A DNA stretch of 62,029 bases, counting the filler. It is 9 parts of 9 records of this genome, joined end to end, with 100 filler letters (N's around TTAATTAATTAA, not from the genome) between each part and the next. Parts side by side here need not be neighbours in the genome. Positions count along the whole stretch, not along the records: positions 1 to 7,335 come from SRR31147125_329270; positions 7,436 to 13,104 come from SRR31147125_329321; 7 more parts are not named here. One strand, written 5' to 3'. Below the pieces are notes generated by a model. That model ran no database searches. It was not told the DNA's origin and worked only from the letters and a program-made list of their open reading frames with translations. Positions 1 through 10,769 of the stretch are shown in pieces; position 1 is the first letter of the stretch; each line of letters starts with the position of its first letter. The position numbers were made by a program, and so were the translations under genes.

Positions 1-552
1 CCCCTCCGCAAGCTTGTCCAGTATGGCCAAGGCGCTGTCGCTGTCCCAATGCGCATCGCCGATCAGACGGCCGATTTCGGACCCTTCGGGATTGACGATA
101 ATGGTGACAGGAAGGCCCATCACGCCCATCTGGCGGGCGAGTTGCTGGCGGGGGTCGCGGTAGAGGGGGAGGTTGTCCACGCCGATCTCTTCGAAGAATT
201 TCCTGATCGCGGGTACATGATTGCGTCCGGTTGCGATGGTGATGACCTCAACCGGCTTTCCCTCCATCGCGGTCTGGAGATTGGCCAGCGTCGGCATTTC
301 CTTGCGGCACGGCGCGCACCAGGTGGCCCAGAAATTCACAACCAGCCATTTGCCCTCGTGATCGGCGAGGCTTACGACCGCATCCGACATGTCGACAATC
401 TCGACCTTGGCCAGCGGGCGTGGCGCCTCGTGCAAGACCAGTTTTTTCATTTCGCCTTCGCGCAGCGCGGCCACTTCCGCCATGTCGGCCAGTGCCGGGT
501 TTGCCAAGAGCGCGAGGCCCGTATAGACCATCGCGGCCAACAAGTTCTTCAT
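1..552 (-). CDS. tlpA: TlpA-family thiol:disulfide oxidoreductase (3' end cut by window edge)
   Basis: Manual translation from ATG at 552 (RBS GAAAGGAG): [22 protein letters not shown] signal peptide, then [17 protein letters not shown] redoxin motif; divergent from argH as is usual in alphaproteobacteria. Confidence 0.85.
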   Translation of the reverse strand, partial: MKNLLAAMVYTGLALLANPALADMAEVAALREGEMKKLVLHEAPRPLAKVEIVDMSDAVVSLADHEGKWLVVNFWATWCAPCRKEMPTLANLQTAMEGKPVEVITIATGRNHVPAIRKFFEEIGVDNLPLYRDPRQQLARQMGVMGLPVTIIVNPEGSEIGRLIGDAHWDSDSALAILDKLAEG

Positions 553-577
553 AGACACTCCTTTCGGGGGCCAGATC

Positions 578-1978
578 ATGACCGATGCCAAACAACAGGC
601 TGCCAACCAGATGTGGGGCGGACGCTTTTCCACCGGGGTCGATGCGATCATGGAGGCGATCAACGCCTCGATCGATTTCGACCGCCGCCTGGCCCGACAG
701 GATGTCGAGGGCTCCCGCGCCCACGCCGCGATGCTGGCCGCGCAGGGCATCCTTACCGATAAAGATGCCGAGGCGATCCGGGAAGGCCTGCTCACGGTCT
801 TGTCAGAGATTGAAAGCGGAGATTTCGAATTTTCGAAGGCGCTGGAAGATATTCACATGAATGTCGAGGCGCGGCTGAAGGCTCTGATTGGCGAGCCGGC
901 CGGGCGGCTGCACACGGCGCGGAGCCGGAACGACCAGGTGGCGACCGATTTCAAACTCTGGGTGCGCGACCAGTACGATGCCGCGATTTCCGGGGTGGAA
1001 GCGCTGCAAAAGGCGCTTCTGGGACAGGCCGAAGCGGGGGCGGATTGGGTCATGCCGGGCTTCACGCATCTTCAGGTGGCGCAACCGGTGACGTGGGGCC
1101 ATCACATGCTGGCCTATGTCGAGATGCTGGGCCGGGATGCGAGCCGCCTGCGCGATGCGCGGGCGCGGATGAACGAATGCCCGCTGGGCGCGGCCGCGCT
1201 GGCCGGCACCTCCTTCCCGATTGACCGGCACATGACCGCCGAAACGCTTGGTTTCGACCGTCCGGCCGCCAACTCGCTCGACGCTGTGGCCGACCGGGAT
1301 TTTGCGCTGGAATTCCTGTCCTCCGCCTCGATCTGTGCCATGCATCTGAGCCGTCTGGCCGAAGAGCTGGTTATCTGGTCCTCCGCGCAATTCCGGTTCG
1401 TCACGCTGTCGGATGCGTTCTCCACTGGCTCCTCGATCATGCCGCAGAAGAAGAACCCCGATGCCGCCGAGCTGATCCGGGCCAAGATCGGCCGGATCAT
1501 GGGCGCGATGGTTGGGCTGTTCACGGTGATGAAGGGGCTGCCGCTGACCTATTCCAAGGACATGCAGGAGGACAAGGAGCAGGTCTTTGATGCCGCAGAC
1601 AGCCTGATGCTGGCGCTGGCGGCGATGACCGGGATGGTGACGGATATGTCCGCCAATCGCGCAGAGCTGGAGACGGCAGCGGCGAGCGGTTTCTCGACGG
1701 CAACGGATCTGGCCGACTGGCTTGTCCGCGAACTGGGCCTGCCATTTCGTGACGCGCATCATGTGACCGGATCGCTGGTCGCCATGGCCGAGGGGCGGGG
1801 CTGCGATCTGCCCGAGCTGACGCTGGAGCAGATGCGATCGGTTCATGAGGGGATAACCGAGGGCGTGTTTGGCGTGCTGGGCGTGCAGAATTCGGTGGCC
1901 AGCCGCCGTTCCTATGGCGGCACCTCGCCGGAGCGGGTGCGCGAGCAGGTTGCGCTGTGGAAGGAACGGCTCGGATGA
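578..1978 (+). CDS. argH: Argininosuccinate lyase
   Basis: 466 aa; MWGGRF N-terminus, [17 protein letters not shown] and [12 protein letters not shown] signature. Confidence 0.98.
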   Translation: MTDAKQQAANQMWGGRFSTGVDAIMEAINASIDFDRRLARQDVEGSRAHAAMLAAQGILTDKDAEAIREGLLTVLSEIESGDFEFSKALEDIHMNVEARLKALIGEPAGRLHTARSRNDQVATDFKLWVRDQYDAAISGVEALQKALLGQAEAGADWVMPGFTHLQVAQPVTWGHHMLAYVEMLGRDASRLRDARARMNECPLGAAALAGTSFPIDRHMTAETLGFDRPAANSLDAVADRDFALEFLSSASICAMHLSRLAEELVIWSSAQFRFVTLSDAFSTGSSIMPQKKNPDAAELIRAKIGRIMGAMVGLFTVMKGLPLTYSKDMQEDKEQVFDAADSLMLALAAMTGMVTDMSANRAELETAAASGFSTATDLADWLVRELGLPFRDAHHVTGSLVAMAEGRGCDLPELTLEQMRSVHEGITEGVFGVLGVQNSVASRRSYGGTSPERVREQVALWKERLG

Positions 1979-2247
1979 AGCGGGGCGGGGCGGTTCTGTT
2001 GATGGTTCTGCTGGCGGGCTGCGCTCCGCCCCGGCAGCCGGTTCAGGTACAGCCGAGCGGGGCCGTGGCGGTGAATTCTTCTGGAAATGTCAATGCGGGT
2101 GCGGGCATCGATACCGGGCGTGTCGCCATTGGAGCGAATACGAATGGGGATGCCGGGGTTGCCGTCGATCTGGGTAACCGGTCAAATGTGGGTGTCACCG
2201 TGGGTATCGGCACCGGCGGAAGAGGAGGGATCGGCTTTTGGTTCTGA
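1975..2247 (+). CDS. Small Gly-rich lipoprotein, unknown function
   Basis: ATGA overlap with argH stop; [16 protein letters not shown] lipobox; C-terminus GIGFWF. Confidence 0.7.
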   Translation: MKRGGAVLLMVLLAGCAPPRQPVQVQPSGAVAVNSSGNVNAGAGIDTGRVAIGANTNGDAGVAVDLGNRSNVGVTVGIGTGGRGGIGFWF

Positions 2248-2429
2248 CAAGATTGATTGCGGGCATGTGCCTGTTGGGCCTCCTGGCTGCTTGCGGTGCG
2301 GATGGCCCGCCAATCCCTCCCGATGATCGAGATCGGCCTCAAAGTGGAATCACGCTCTCCGGCAAGGTTCAGGTCGGGGTCGCCGGCGGCTCGGAAGGCA
2401 CTCGGACGGTGACCCGTATAACCGATTGA
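2238..2429 (+). CDS. Small lipoprotein (CGADGPP motif, possibly LptM/YifL-like)
   Basis: LLAA-C lipobox followed by GADGPPIPP; overlaps previous gene; lies between argH and lysA. Confidence 0.7.
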   Translation: MVLTRLIAGMCLLGLLAACGADGPPIPPDDRDRPQSGITLSGKVQVGVAGGSEGTRTVTRITD

Positions 2430-2451
2430 GCCCTGCACGCCGGAGTGCGGT

Positions 2452-3171
2452 CTAGTTGATCAGGCTGTCATGGCCCATCAACCGGTCGGCCTCCAATGTA
2501 AGCGCGTCGAGATCGGCCTGTAGCTTCAGGCGAAGGGTGTCGCGCTGCTCGGGGTCGATCCTCTTGGGAATCTCGACCTCCCATTTTCGGTACATCATCA
2601 CCCCGCGCCCGCCGGGTTTCGGCATCATCAGATCGTCCCAGCTATTGATGCAGCGATATCTCTCGACCGAATTGGTATAGAGCCAGATCGGGGCGCCGGT
2701 GAGCCGGGCCCAGTCGATGGGCATCGCCTTGGCCACGCGTTTGGGGCCTTCAGGGCCGTCGATGGCAAAACCGATCGTGGTGCCGGCGCGCATCATGCGT
2801 GCGACTTGCAGCGAGGCGGCGGTGTTGTTCTTGCGGTCCTTCATCGGCATCGTGTCGAGGCCGAAACTGCGCATGATCCGGCCCACGATGCGGCCGGGAA
2901 TGGCGGCGGAGGTGATGACGCAATAGGGCGACCAGGCCGGGTCCCATCCGCGGGCGGCCATGGCGAGCCGGCCATGCCAGAGTGCGAAGATGATCGGTTT
3001 GCCGCCGGAGACGGCCTCGATCACGTCGTCGCGGCCATGAAACTCCCACTCGGTGCGCTGGTAGACGCGTTCGATGCGACGCGAGATTAGCCGGGCAGCC
3101 GTGCCGGAGACGGCGTCGCTCATGGCCGCCGTTTCGAGCTTCTTGCGGATTTTCTTCTCGATGGACGCCAT
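2452..3171 (-). CDS. DUF374 / lysophospholipid acyltransferase-family protein
   Basis: From MASIEKK; IFALWHGRL, AIDGPEGP and SWDDLMMPKP motifs. Confidence 0.85.
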   Translation of the reverse strand: MASIEKKIRKKLETAAMSDAVSGTAARLISRRIERVYQRTEWEFHGRDDVIEAVSGGKPIIFALWHGRLAMAARGWDPAWSPYCVITSAAIPGRIVGRIMRSFGLDTMPMKDRKNNTAASLQVARMMRAGTTIGFAIDGPEGPKRVAKAMPIDWARLTGAPIWLYTNSVERYRCINSWDDLMMPKPGGRGVMMYRKWEVEIPKRIDPEQRDTLRLKLQADLDALTLEADRLMGHDSLIN

Positions 3172-3406
3172 CGGGCCAGCTCTCCGTTTGTCGGATGACT
3201 GTCTGGCAGCCGGAGACGGCAGCGGCAAGGCTGCGCGCGGGCAGCGGCGAGACCTGTTACCAAATTGCGGCGCGTTCCGCGCCACGCGTCTTGCCTCGCC
3301 CACTTGCGCGGGCTCAGGCGGCGCTTGTGGGTAGCTCTGGCGGATTGCCCTGCGCGGCGTCTGTGATAAGAGCGTCCCTTGACGCAACTGGCCCGGAGTT
3401 TGGCGC

Positions 3407-4675
3407 ATGGATCATTTTCTCTATCGCGATGGCGCGCTTTTTGCCGAGGACGTGCCGGTCAGCGAGATCGCGGCGAGTGTGGGCACGCCGTTTTACTGCT
3501 ATTCGACCGCGACGCTGGAGCGGCATTTCCGGCTGTTCGACGAGGCGCTGGAGCCGCTCGACCATCTGGTTTGCTTCGCGATGAAATCCAATTCCAACCA
3601 GGCGATCCTGAAGACGCTCGCTGAATTGGGCGCGGGCATGGATGTTGTGTCGGGCGGTGAATATGCGCGCGCGAAGGCGGCCGGTGTCTCGGGCGACAAG
3701 ATCGTCTTTTCCGGCGTCGGCAAGACCGAAGCGGAGATGCGCGCCGCGCTCGAAGGCGGTATCCGGCAGTTCAACCTTGAGAGCGAGCCCGAGATGGAGG
3801 TTCTCAACGCGGTGGCGCTCTCGATGGGTGTGGTGGCGCCGGTGGCGATCCGGATCAACCCGGATGTGGATGCGCGGACGCATGCCAAGATCGCGACAGG
3901 CAAATCCGAGAACAAGTTCGGCATTCCGATTGCGCGCGCCAAGGAAGTCTATGCCCGCGCGGCCTCCCTGCCCGGGCTGGCGGTGACGGGGATCGACGTG
4001 CATATCGGCTCGCAATTGACCGAGCTGGAACCCTTTGAGCTGGCCTATAAGAAGGTGGCCGAACTGACCGAGGCGCTGCGGGCCGAGGGGCACGAGATCC
4101 GGCGGCTGGATCTCGGCGGCGGGCTTGGCATTCCCTATACGCGCAGCAATGAGGCACCGCCCCTGCCGAGCGAATATGGCGAGCTGATCAAGCGCAGCGT
4201 CGGCCATCTGGGCTGCGAGGTGGAGATCGAGCCGGGGCGGCTGATCTCGGGCAATGCGGGCATCATGGTCAGCGCGGTCATCTATGTGAAAAACGGCGAG
4301 GGGCGCGATTTCCTGATTCTGGACGGGGCGATGAACGACCTCGTGCGGCCCTCCATGTATGACGCCCATCACGACATCATCCCGGTCAGGGAGCCCGCGC
4401 CGGGCACGGAGCAGACGCCCTATGATATCGTCGGCCCGGTCTGCGAGAGCGGAGATACCTTTGCAAAACAACGCAATATGCCGCCGCTTGCCTCGGGCGA
4501 TCTGGTGGCGTTCCGTTCGGCGGGCGCCTATGGCGCGGTGATGTCCTCGGAATACAATTCGCGCCCGCTCATTCCCGAGGTTTTGGTGAAGGGGGATCAA
4601 TTCGCCGTCATCCGGCCACGTCCCACCTTTGACGAAATGATCTCGCGCGATAACATTCCCGAGTGGCTCTTGTAA
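3407..4675 (+). CDS. lysA: Diaminopimelate decarboxylase
   Basis: 422 aa; FAMKSNSN (PLP Lys), HIGSQ, EPGR, GPVCESGD, GAYG..M.S.YN.RP. Confidence 0.98.
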   Translation: MDHFLYRDGALFAEDVPVSEIAASVGTPFYCYSTATLERHFRLFDEALEPLDHLVCFAMKSNSNQAILKTLAELGAGMDVVSGGEYARAKAAGVSGDKIVFSGVGKTEAEMRAALEGGIRQFNLESEPEMEVLNAVALSMGVVAPVAIRINPDVDARTHAKIATGKSENKFGIPIARAKEVYARAASLPGLAVTGIDVHIGSQLTELEPFELAYKKVAELTEALRAEGHEIRRLDLGGGLGIPYTRSNEAPPLPSEYGELIKRSVGHLGCEVEIEPGRLISGNAGIMVSAVIYVKNGEGRDFLILDGAMNDLVRPSMYDAHHDIIPVREPAPGTEQTPYDIVGPVCESGDTFAKQRNMPPLASGDLVAFRSAGAYGAVMSSEYNSRPLIPEVLVKGDQFAVIRPRPTFDEMISRDNIPEWLL

Positions 4676-4723
4676 TAAAGCCAGCCTTTGGCCTGCGGGG
4701 TGCGGGTCGCCGAAAGGAACGGA

Positions 4724-7316
4724 ATGGTCCGGGAAACGGCCCGAGATGACGTGCTCGCACGGCTGAACCGTCCGCTGCGCCTGACCCGGCTGGGGATGGC
4801 GGCGGAGCGGTTTACCCGGTGTTTTTGGCCTGTCTGGTCGATCCTTTTCGCTGTTTTCGCCGTTCTCATGCTCGGTCTGCACGAGACCGCGCCGGTAGAG
4901 GCGGTCTGGATTGGCGCGCTTTTGTCGGGCGCGGGGCTGCTGATCTTCCTGTTTCGCGGGCTGCGCTGGTTTCGCTGGCCGAGCCGGGCGGAGGCTTGGG
5001 AGAAGCTCGATTCGACCCTGCCGGGCCGTCCGCTTCAGGCGCTGAGCGACGATCAGGCAATCGGCGCGGGCGATGTGGCCTCTGAGGCGGTCTGGGCGGC
5101 GCATCTTGAGCGGATGGCGGCGCGCGCAAGCAAGGCGCGGCGTGTCGCGCCCGATCTTCGCATCTCCCATCGTGACCCTTACGCGCTGCGATACGTGGCG
5201 TTGACCGCGCTGGTAACCGCGCTTCTGTTCGGGTCGGTCTGGAAGGTCTCCACCGTTGGGCAGACGGTTGTGCCGGGCGCCGGTGGCAGCGTTGCGGCGG
5301 GCCCGTCCTGGGAAGGGTGGATCGAGCCGCCCGCCTATACCGGCAAACCGAGCCTGTACCTTGCCGATATCGCGCCGGGGCCGCTGGAAGTGCCGATGGG
5401 CAGCCGGGTTTCGCTGCGCCTTTACGGCGAGGTCGGGGCGCTGTCGGTGGACGAGACAATCTCGGGCCGCACGGGAGAGCAGATCGAGCCGGCAACGGCT
5501 GCCGCGCAAGGATTTGACGTGACGCAGGCCGGTCGGCTGGCGATTGACGGACCGGGCGGGCGCGAATGGGCGGTCTCTATCGCGCCGGACAGACCGCCGA
5601 GCGTTGCGTTCGATGGCGAGCTCGAACGGGAAGCCAGCGGCCGCATGAGCCACAAATTCCGGGCCCGCGACGATTACGGCGTGACCGCCGGGCGCGGGTT
5701 GATCGCTCTGGACGCGGAAGAAGTGCAACGCCGCTACGGTCTGGTCGTCGATCCCGATCCGCGTGATCCGATCGAGATCGACCTGCCGATGACGATCAGC
5801 GGCGACCGGGGCGATTTCACCGAGACGCTGGTGGAGGATTTCTCCAAGCACCCTTGGGTCGGCCTGCCGGTGACATTGACGCTCACGGTTTCAGATGCTT
5901 CCGGGCAGGAAGGCAGCTCGGAGCCATTGCAGATGGCGCTTCCGGGCAAGCGCTTTTTCGATCCGCTGGCTGCGGCGATCATCGAACAACGCCGAGATCT
6001 GCTGTGGTCGCGCAGCAATGGCAAGCGGGTCGCACAGGTGATCCGCGCCGTGACCCATCGCCCCGACGAGATTATCCGCGATGGCAGCACCTATCTGCCG
6101 CTGCGGGTGGCGCTTCGGCGGCTGGAGGCGGGCGTTGCAGCGGCGGGGGCTGTCGCCCGAGGTTCAGGACGAGATTGCCGAGGCGCTCTGGGCAATTGCG
6201 GTCAAGCTGGAGGATGGCAATCTCGCCGATGCCGCGGAACGGCTGCGGCGGGCGCAGGACCGGCTGGCCGAGGCGATGCGCAACGGCGCGACGGATGAGG
6301 AGATTGCCGAGCTGATGGATGAGCTGCGTCAGGCGATGCAGGATTATATGAACCAACTCGCCCAGCAGCAGGATCCGAACCAGCAGCAGATGTCGGAGAA
6401 TACGCAGGAGATCACCGGCGACCAGCTCCAGCAACTTCTGGACCGGCTTCAGCAGCTGATGGAGGAGGGGCGCACCGCCGAGGCGATGCAATTGCTCGAA
6501 CAGCTCCGCCAGATGATGGAGAACATGCAGGTCACGCAAGGCCAGCAAGGGCAGAGCGGACAGAACCCGGGCGAGCAGGCGATGCAGGGGCTGGCGGACA
6601 CGCTGCGCGACCAGCAGGGCCTGTCCGACGAGGCGTTCAACGACCTTCAGGAGCAGTTCAACCCCGGCCAACAGCCCCAGACGGGCGAGAGCGGTCAGGA
6701 TCAGGGCAGCCAGGGCAATATGGGTGAGGGTCAGGGCCAGGAGGGCCAGCAGGGGCAAGCACAGGGACAGCCGGACCAGCCGGGGCAAGGCGGCCAGCCG
6801 CGCCAGAGCGAGAATGGTACGCCCGACGCCCGCACGCTGGCCGAACGCCAGCGCATGCTGCAGCAACGGCTGGACGAGCTGCGCCAGAACCTGCCCGGGG
6901 CCGGCACCGAGCCGGGAGACGCCGCGCGCGATGCGCTTCGGCGGGGCAGCGAGGAAATGGGCCGCGCCGAGGAGGCTCTGGAAAACAGCGAGCTTGCCGA
7001 AGCGCTCGACAGTCAGGCCCGCGCCATGGAGGCGATCCGCGACGGCATGCGCAGCCTTGGTGAGGCGATGGCCGAGCAACGGCAAAGCGGCCAGGGGCAA
7101 CAGACCGGTCAGGCCGACGGCAACAGCCAGCGCGACCCGCTCGGACGCGAGGCGGGCACATCGGGCAGTTTCGGCAGCGAAGACAGCCTGTTGCAGGGCG
7201 ACGATATCTATCGCAAGGCACGCGACCTGCTCGACGAGATCCGCCGCCGCTCAGGTGAACGCGAGCGCCCGCAGCTGGAGCTGGACTACCTGCGAAGGCT
7301 GCTTGATCGGTTTTGA
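4724..7316 (+). CDS. TIGR02302/DUF4175 family membrane-anchored coiled-coil protein (one frameshift near 6130-6150)
   Basis: N-terminal TM segments, RDPYALR, WIEPPAYTGKP, Gln-rich region, C-terminal RDPLGR and ELDYLRRLL; ORFs 4688..6298 and 6081..7316 join; typical position downstream of lysA. Confidence 0.88.
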
Positions 7317-7335
7317 CGCGGAACCTGCAAACGCC

Positions 7336-7435
7336 NNNNNNNNNNNNNNNNNNNNNNNNNNNNNNNNNNNNNNNNNNNNTTAATTAATTAANNNNNNNNN
7401 NNNNNNNNNNNNNNNNNNNNNNNNNNNNNNNNNNN
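7336..7435. other. Artificial contig linker
   Basis: 44 N + TTAATTAATTAA (stops in all six frames) + 44 N. Confidence 0.99.
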
Positions 7436-8099
7436 CGCCCCAGTCGGCGGCGGGCGGTTGAATGCCGAGGCCGAGGAAGGAAAGCGTGGAGATGAAAAGC
7501 ACGACGAAGATGAAGCGCATGCCCATCTCCGCGATCAGCGGCGACAGCGCATTGGGCAGGATTTCGCGAAAGATCACCCAGCGAAGCCCCTCCCCGCGCA
7601 GCTTCGCGGCTTCCACGAAGTCCATGACCGCAAGGTCCACGGCGACAGCGCGGGACAGACGATACATGCGGGTCGACTCCAGCAGGCCGATCACGATGAT
7701 CAGCGTCGGCATCGTCACGGGCATGACCGAGAGCACCACCAGCGCGAAGATCAGCGACGGGATCGACATGATCAGGTCGACAAAGCGCGACAGGAGGTGA
7801 TCGACCCAGCCGCCGACGACGGCTGCCAGAAGCCCCAGCACGGAACCGACGGCGAAGGCGAGCAACGTCGCCACCAGCGCGACGAAGATCGTCGTGCGCC
7901 CGCCGAAGATGAGACGCGAAAGCAGGTCGCGGCCAATATTGTCAGTGCCGAGCCAATAGGACGCGGATGCGGGCTCCCAGACGTCGCCCACGACTTCACT
8001 AACGCCATAAGGCGCGATGACGGGCGCAAGCAGTGCGACGGCAAAGAACGTCCCGGTGACGATGAGGCCCAACAGCGAAGGCAGAGGGATTTTTCTCAT
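7436..8099 (-). CDS. Peptide/nickel ABC transporter permease, DppC-like (3' truncated)
   Basis: WLGTDNIGRDLLSRL, EAA loop (FVEAAKLRGE), LSFLGLGIQPPAADWG. Confidence 0.92.
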
Positions 8100-9055
8100 T
8101 TGGGATGCCTCAACCTCGGGTTCGCCAGGATGGAGCACACGTCCGCCAGCATGTTCAGGAAGATGTAGACGCCCGCGAAAATGATGCCGCAGGCCTGAAC
8201 GACCGGCACGTCGCGCTTGGAGACGTGATCAACGAGATACTGCCCCATGCCGGGATAGACGAAGACCACCTCCACCACGACCACGCCGACGATCAGATAG
8301 GCCATGTTGAGCATGACCACGTTGACGATGGGCGCGACGGCGTTGGGCATGGCGTGCCGCCAGATGATTTTCAGACGACCGAGCCCGTTGAGTTCAGCGG
8401 TCTCGATATAGGCCGACTGCATGACGTTCAGGAGCGCGGCGCGGGTCATGCGCATCATGTGCGCCAGAACGACCAGAACCAGCACCGCCACCGGCAGCGC
8501 AATGGCATGCAGCTTGTCGAGGAACGACATGTGCGGATTGATCATCGCCACAGAGGGCGCAAGGCCGAACTTCACCGCGAAATAGAACACGAGGATGTAG
8601 CTCAGCATGAACTCCGGCACGGAGATCGATGCGAGCGTGACGGCGGAGATCAGCTTGTCGGGCCAGCGGTTGCGGTAGAGCACCGAAATCAGCCCGAGCG
8701 AGATCGCAAGCGGAACCGAAATCGCCGCCGCGACGCCTGCCATCAGCAGTGTGTTGGAGAGCCGCCGCCCGATCGCGGCTGCGATGTCCTGCCCGTTGGT
8801 GAGAGAGGTCCCCAGATCGCCGTGCAGCAGGTTGATCAGCCAGGAGAGGTAGCGCTGGTAAATCGGCGTGTTGAGCCCAAGCTCCGCACGCAGATTGGCG
8901 AGCGCTTCCGGTGTCGCCGATTGACCGAGGATCGCCTGCGCCACGTCACCGGGCAGCATCTGCGTTCCGGCAAAGATCAGGAGGGATGAAAGGAATATCA
9001 GGAACAGGCCCAGCAGGATCCGCTGGGCCAACAATTTCCCTATCGAGGAGCTCAT
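8096..9055 (-). CDS. Peptide/nickel ABC transporter permease, DppB-like
   Basis: LPGDVA, GDLGTS, YIETAELNG, VEVVFVYPGMG, RDVPVVQ, NPRLR. Confidence 0.93.
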   Translation of the reverse strand: MSSSIGKLLAQRILLGLFLIFLSSLLIFAGTQMLPGDVAQAILGQSATPEALANLRAELGLNTPIYQRYLSWLINLLHGDLGTSLTNGQDIAAAIGRRLSNTLLMAGVAAAISVPLAISLGLISVLYRNRWPDKLISAVTLASISVPEFMLSYILVFYFAVKFGLAPSVAMINPHMSFLDKLHAIALPVAVLVLVVLAHMMRMTRAALLNVMQSAYIETAELNGLGRLKIIWRHAMPNAVAPIVNVVMLNMAYLIVGVVVVEVVFVYPGMGQYLVDHVSKRDVPVVQACGIIFAGVYIFLNMLADVCSILANPRLRHPK

Positions 9056-9064
9056 GTACTGTCC

Positions 9065-10651
9065 TCAGGCGAACCAGCACTTGGTCGTGACGAGGCCGTT
9101 CATCATCTGGAAGACGCCGTTTTTCTCCCAGCCCTGCACCTTGTCCGAAACGCCTTCGATGAAGTCGTTGAACATCGGCGCGATCAGGCCGCCCTCGTCA
9201 CGAACCAGCATGCCCATTTCCGAGTAGAGGGCCTTGCGCTTGGCCGTATCGAGTTCACCCTTGGCCTCGCGCAGAAGCTTGTCGAACGTCTCGTTCTTGA
9301 AGCGGGTGTCGTTCCAGTCGGCGGTCGACAGATAAGCCGTGGAATACATCTGGTCCTGCACGGGACGGCCATCCCAATAGGAGGCGCAGAAGGGCTTCTT
9401 GTTCCACACATCGGACCAGTAGCCGTCATCCGGCACGCGCTTGAGTTCAAGCGGAATACCGGCGGCCTTGGCGCTCTGCTGGAAGAGCTGGGCCGCATCG
9501 ACCGCGCCCGGGAAGGCTGCGTCTGCGACTTCCAGAACGATCGGGCTGCCGTCATGGCCGGAGCTCTTGTAGAGGCTCGCCGCCTTTTCCGGATCGTACT
9601 GGCGCTGCGGGATTGCCTCGTCGAACAGCGGATAGGTGCTGTTGACCGGCATGTCGTTGCCGACAGAGCCGTAGCCGCGCAGGATCTTCTCCACCATCTC
9701 CTCGCGGTTGACCGCGTATTTCAGCGCATTGCGAAGATCGCGCGAATTGAATGGGGCGGTGTCGCAATGCATGATGAAGACGTAGTGGCCCCGACCGGAG
9801 ACGTTCTTGACCGAGATGCCCGGAACACGCCCGAGAAGACCGGCGACCTTCGGGGAGACGCGGTTCACGACGTGAACCTGACCGGACTGGAGCGCGGAGT
9901 TGCGGGCCGTGTCGTCGTTGATGACGGCCATTTCCACGGATTCAAAGTGCCCGCGCTCGCTGTCCCAATAGTTCGGGTTGCGTTCGAAGGTGTAGCGAAC
10001 GCCCGCTTCATGCTCCACGAGCTTGTAAGCGCCGGTGCCGATGCCCGCGTTCGGGTTCTCGCGCCCGCCGCCCGGCTGGATCATCAGGTGGAAATCGGAC
10101 ATCAGATAGGGCAGATCGGCGTTAGGCGCCTTCAGGTCCACTACGACATTGTCGCCGTCCACGCTGATCTTCTCGATGCCGCGCATCACGCCGAGCGCGC
10201 CGGACTTTGAATTCTCGTCGGAATGGCGCAGCAGCGTCTCGCTCACGTCTTCGGCGGTCAGGGTCTTGCCGTCGTGGAACTCGACACCCTTGCGGATCTT
10301 GAAGCTCCAGGTCTTGGCGTCCGGCGAACTCTCGTAGGACTCGGCCAGACGCGGGGACAGGGAACCGTCCGGGTTCACCTCAAGGAGGGCTTCGGCCCAG
10401 GCGCGCTGTACCATGAAGGTCACGGTGTTGGCGGCGATGGCCGGGTCAAGGCTGTCGGTGCTCTGACCGGCAGCAAGGCCAAGCTTCAGCACTCCGCCCT
10501 TGACCGGACCGGCCGCCATGACAGCCTGACCAAGCATGGAATTCGCGGCAACCGCGCCAATACCCAGGGCAGATGTGCGGCCAAGAAATTCACGACGCGA
10601 CATACCGCCCGCGGCTGTCAGCTTTGTCAGATATTTGATGTAGTCGCTCAT
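9065..10651 (-). CDS. Family-5 ABC solute-binding protein with Tat signal
   Basis: SRREFLG twin-arginine motif; LAESYESSPDAKTWSFKIRKGVEFHDG family-5 signature. Confidence 0.93.
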   Translation of the reverse strand: MSDYIKYLTKLTAAGGMSRREFLGRTSALGIGAVAANSMLGQAVMAAGPVKGGVLKLGLAAGQSTDSLDPAIAANTVTFMVQRAWAEALLEVNPDGSLSPRLAESYESSPDAKTWSFKIRKGVEFHDGKTLTAEDVSETLLRHSDENSKSGALGVMRGIEKISVDGDNVVVDLKAPNADLPYLMSDFHLMIQPGGGRENPNAGIGTGAYKLVEHEAGVRYTFERNPNYWDSERGHFESVEMAVINDDTARNSALQSGQVHVVNRVSPKVAGLLGRVPGISVKNVSGRGHYVFIMHCDTAPFNSRDLRNALKYAVNREEMVEKILRGYGSVGNDMPVNSTYPLFDEAIPQRQYDPEKAASLYKSSGHDGSPIVLEVADAAFPGAVDAAQLFQQSAKAAGIPLELKRVPDDGYWSDVWNKKPFCASYWDGRPVQDQMYSTAYLSTADWNDTRFKNETFDKLLREAKGELDTAKRKALYSEMGMLVRDEGGLIAPMFNDFIEGVSDKVQGWEKNGVFQMMNGLVTTKCWFA

Positions 10652-10769
10652 GTTGATCTGTCCGTTTTCCTATATGGCGCGCTTCGTAATCGAGGTGGCT
10701 CGCAAGCCTCAAACCGAGCGGCATTCTTATGGATTGACGAGCCTCATCCGGGACACCGGGTCACGTGGT

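Noticed and set aside
3314-5851. 845-aa antisense ORF and other long shadow ORFs
   Set aside because: They lie opposite well-supported genes in GC-rich DNA and carry no motifs.
6500-7140. Gln/Gly-rich repetitive stretch
   Set aside because: Ordinary low-complexity linker of TIGR02302 proteins.
7380-7391. Recurrent TTAATTAATTAA as a biological repeat or CRISPR-like element
   Set aside because: Always centred in exactly 88 Ns; it is a synthetic six-frame-stop linker.
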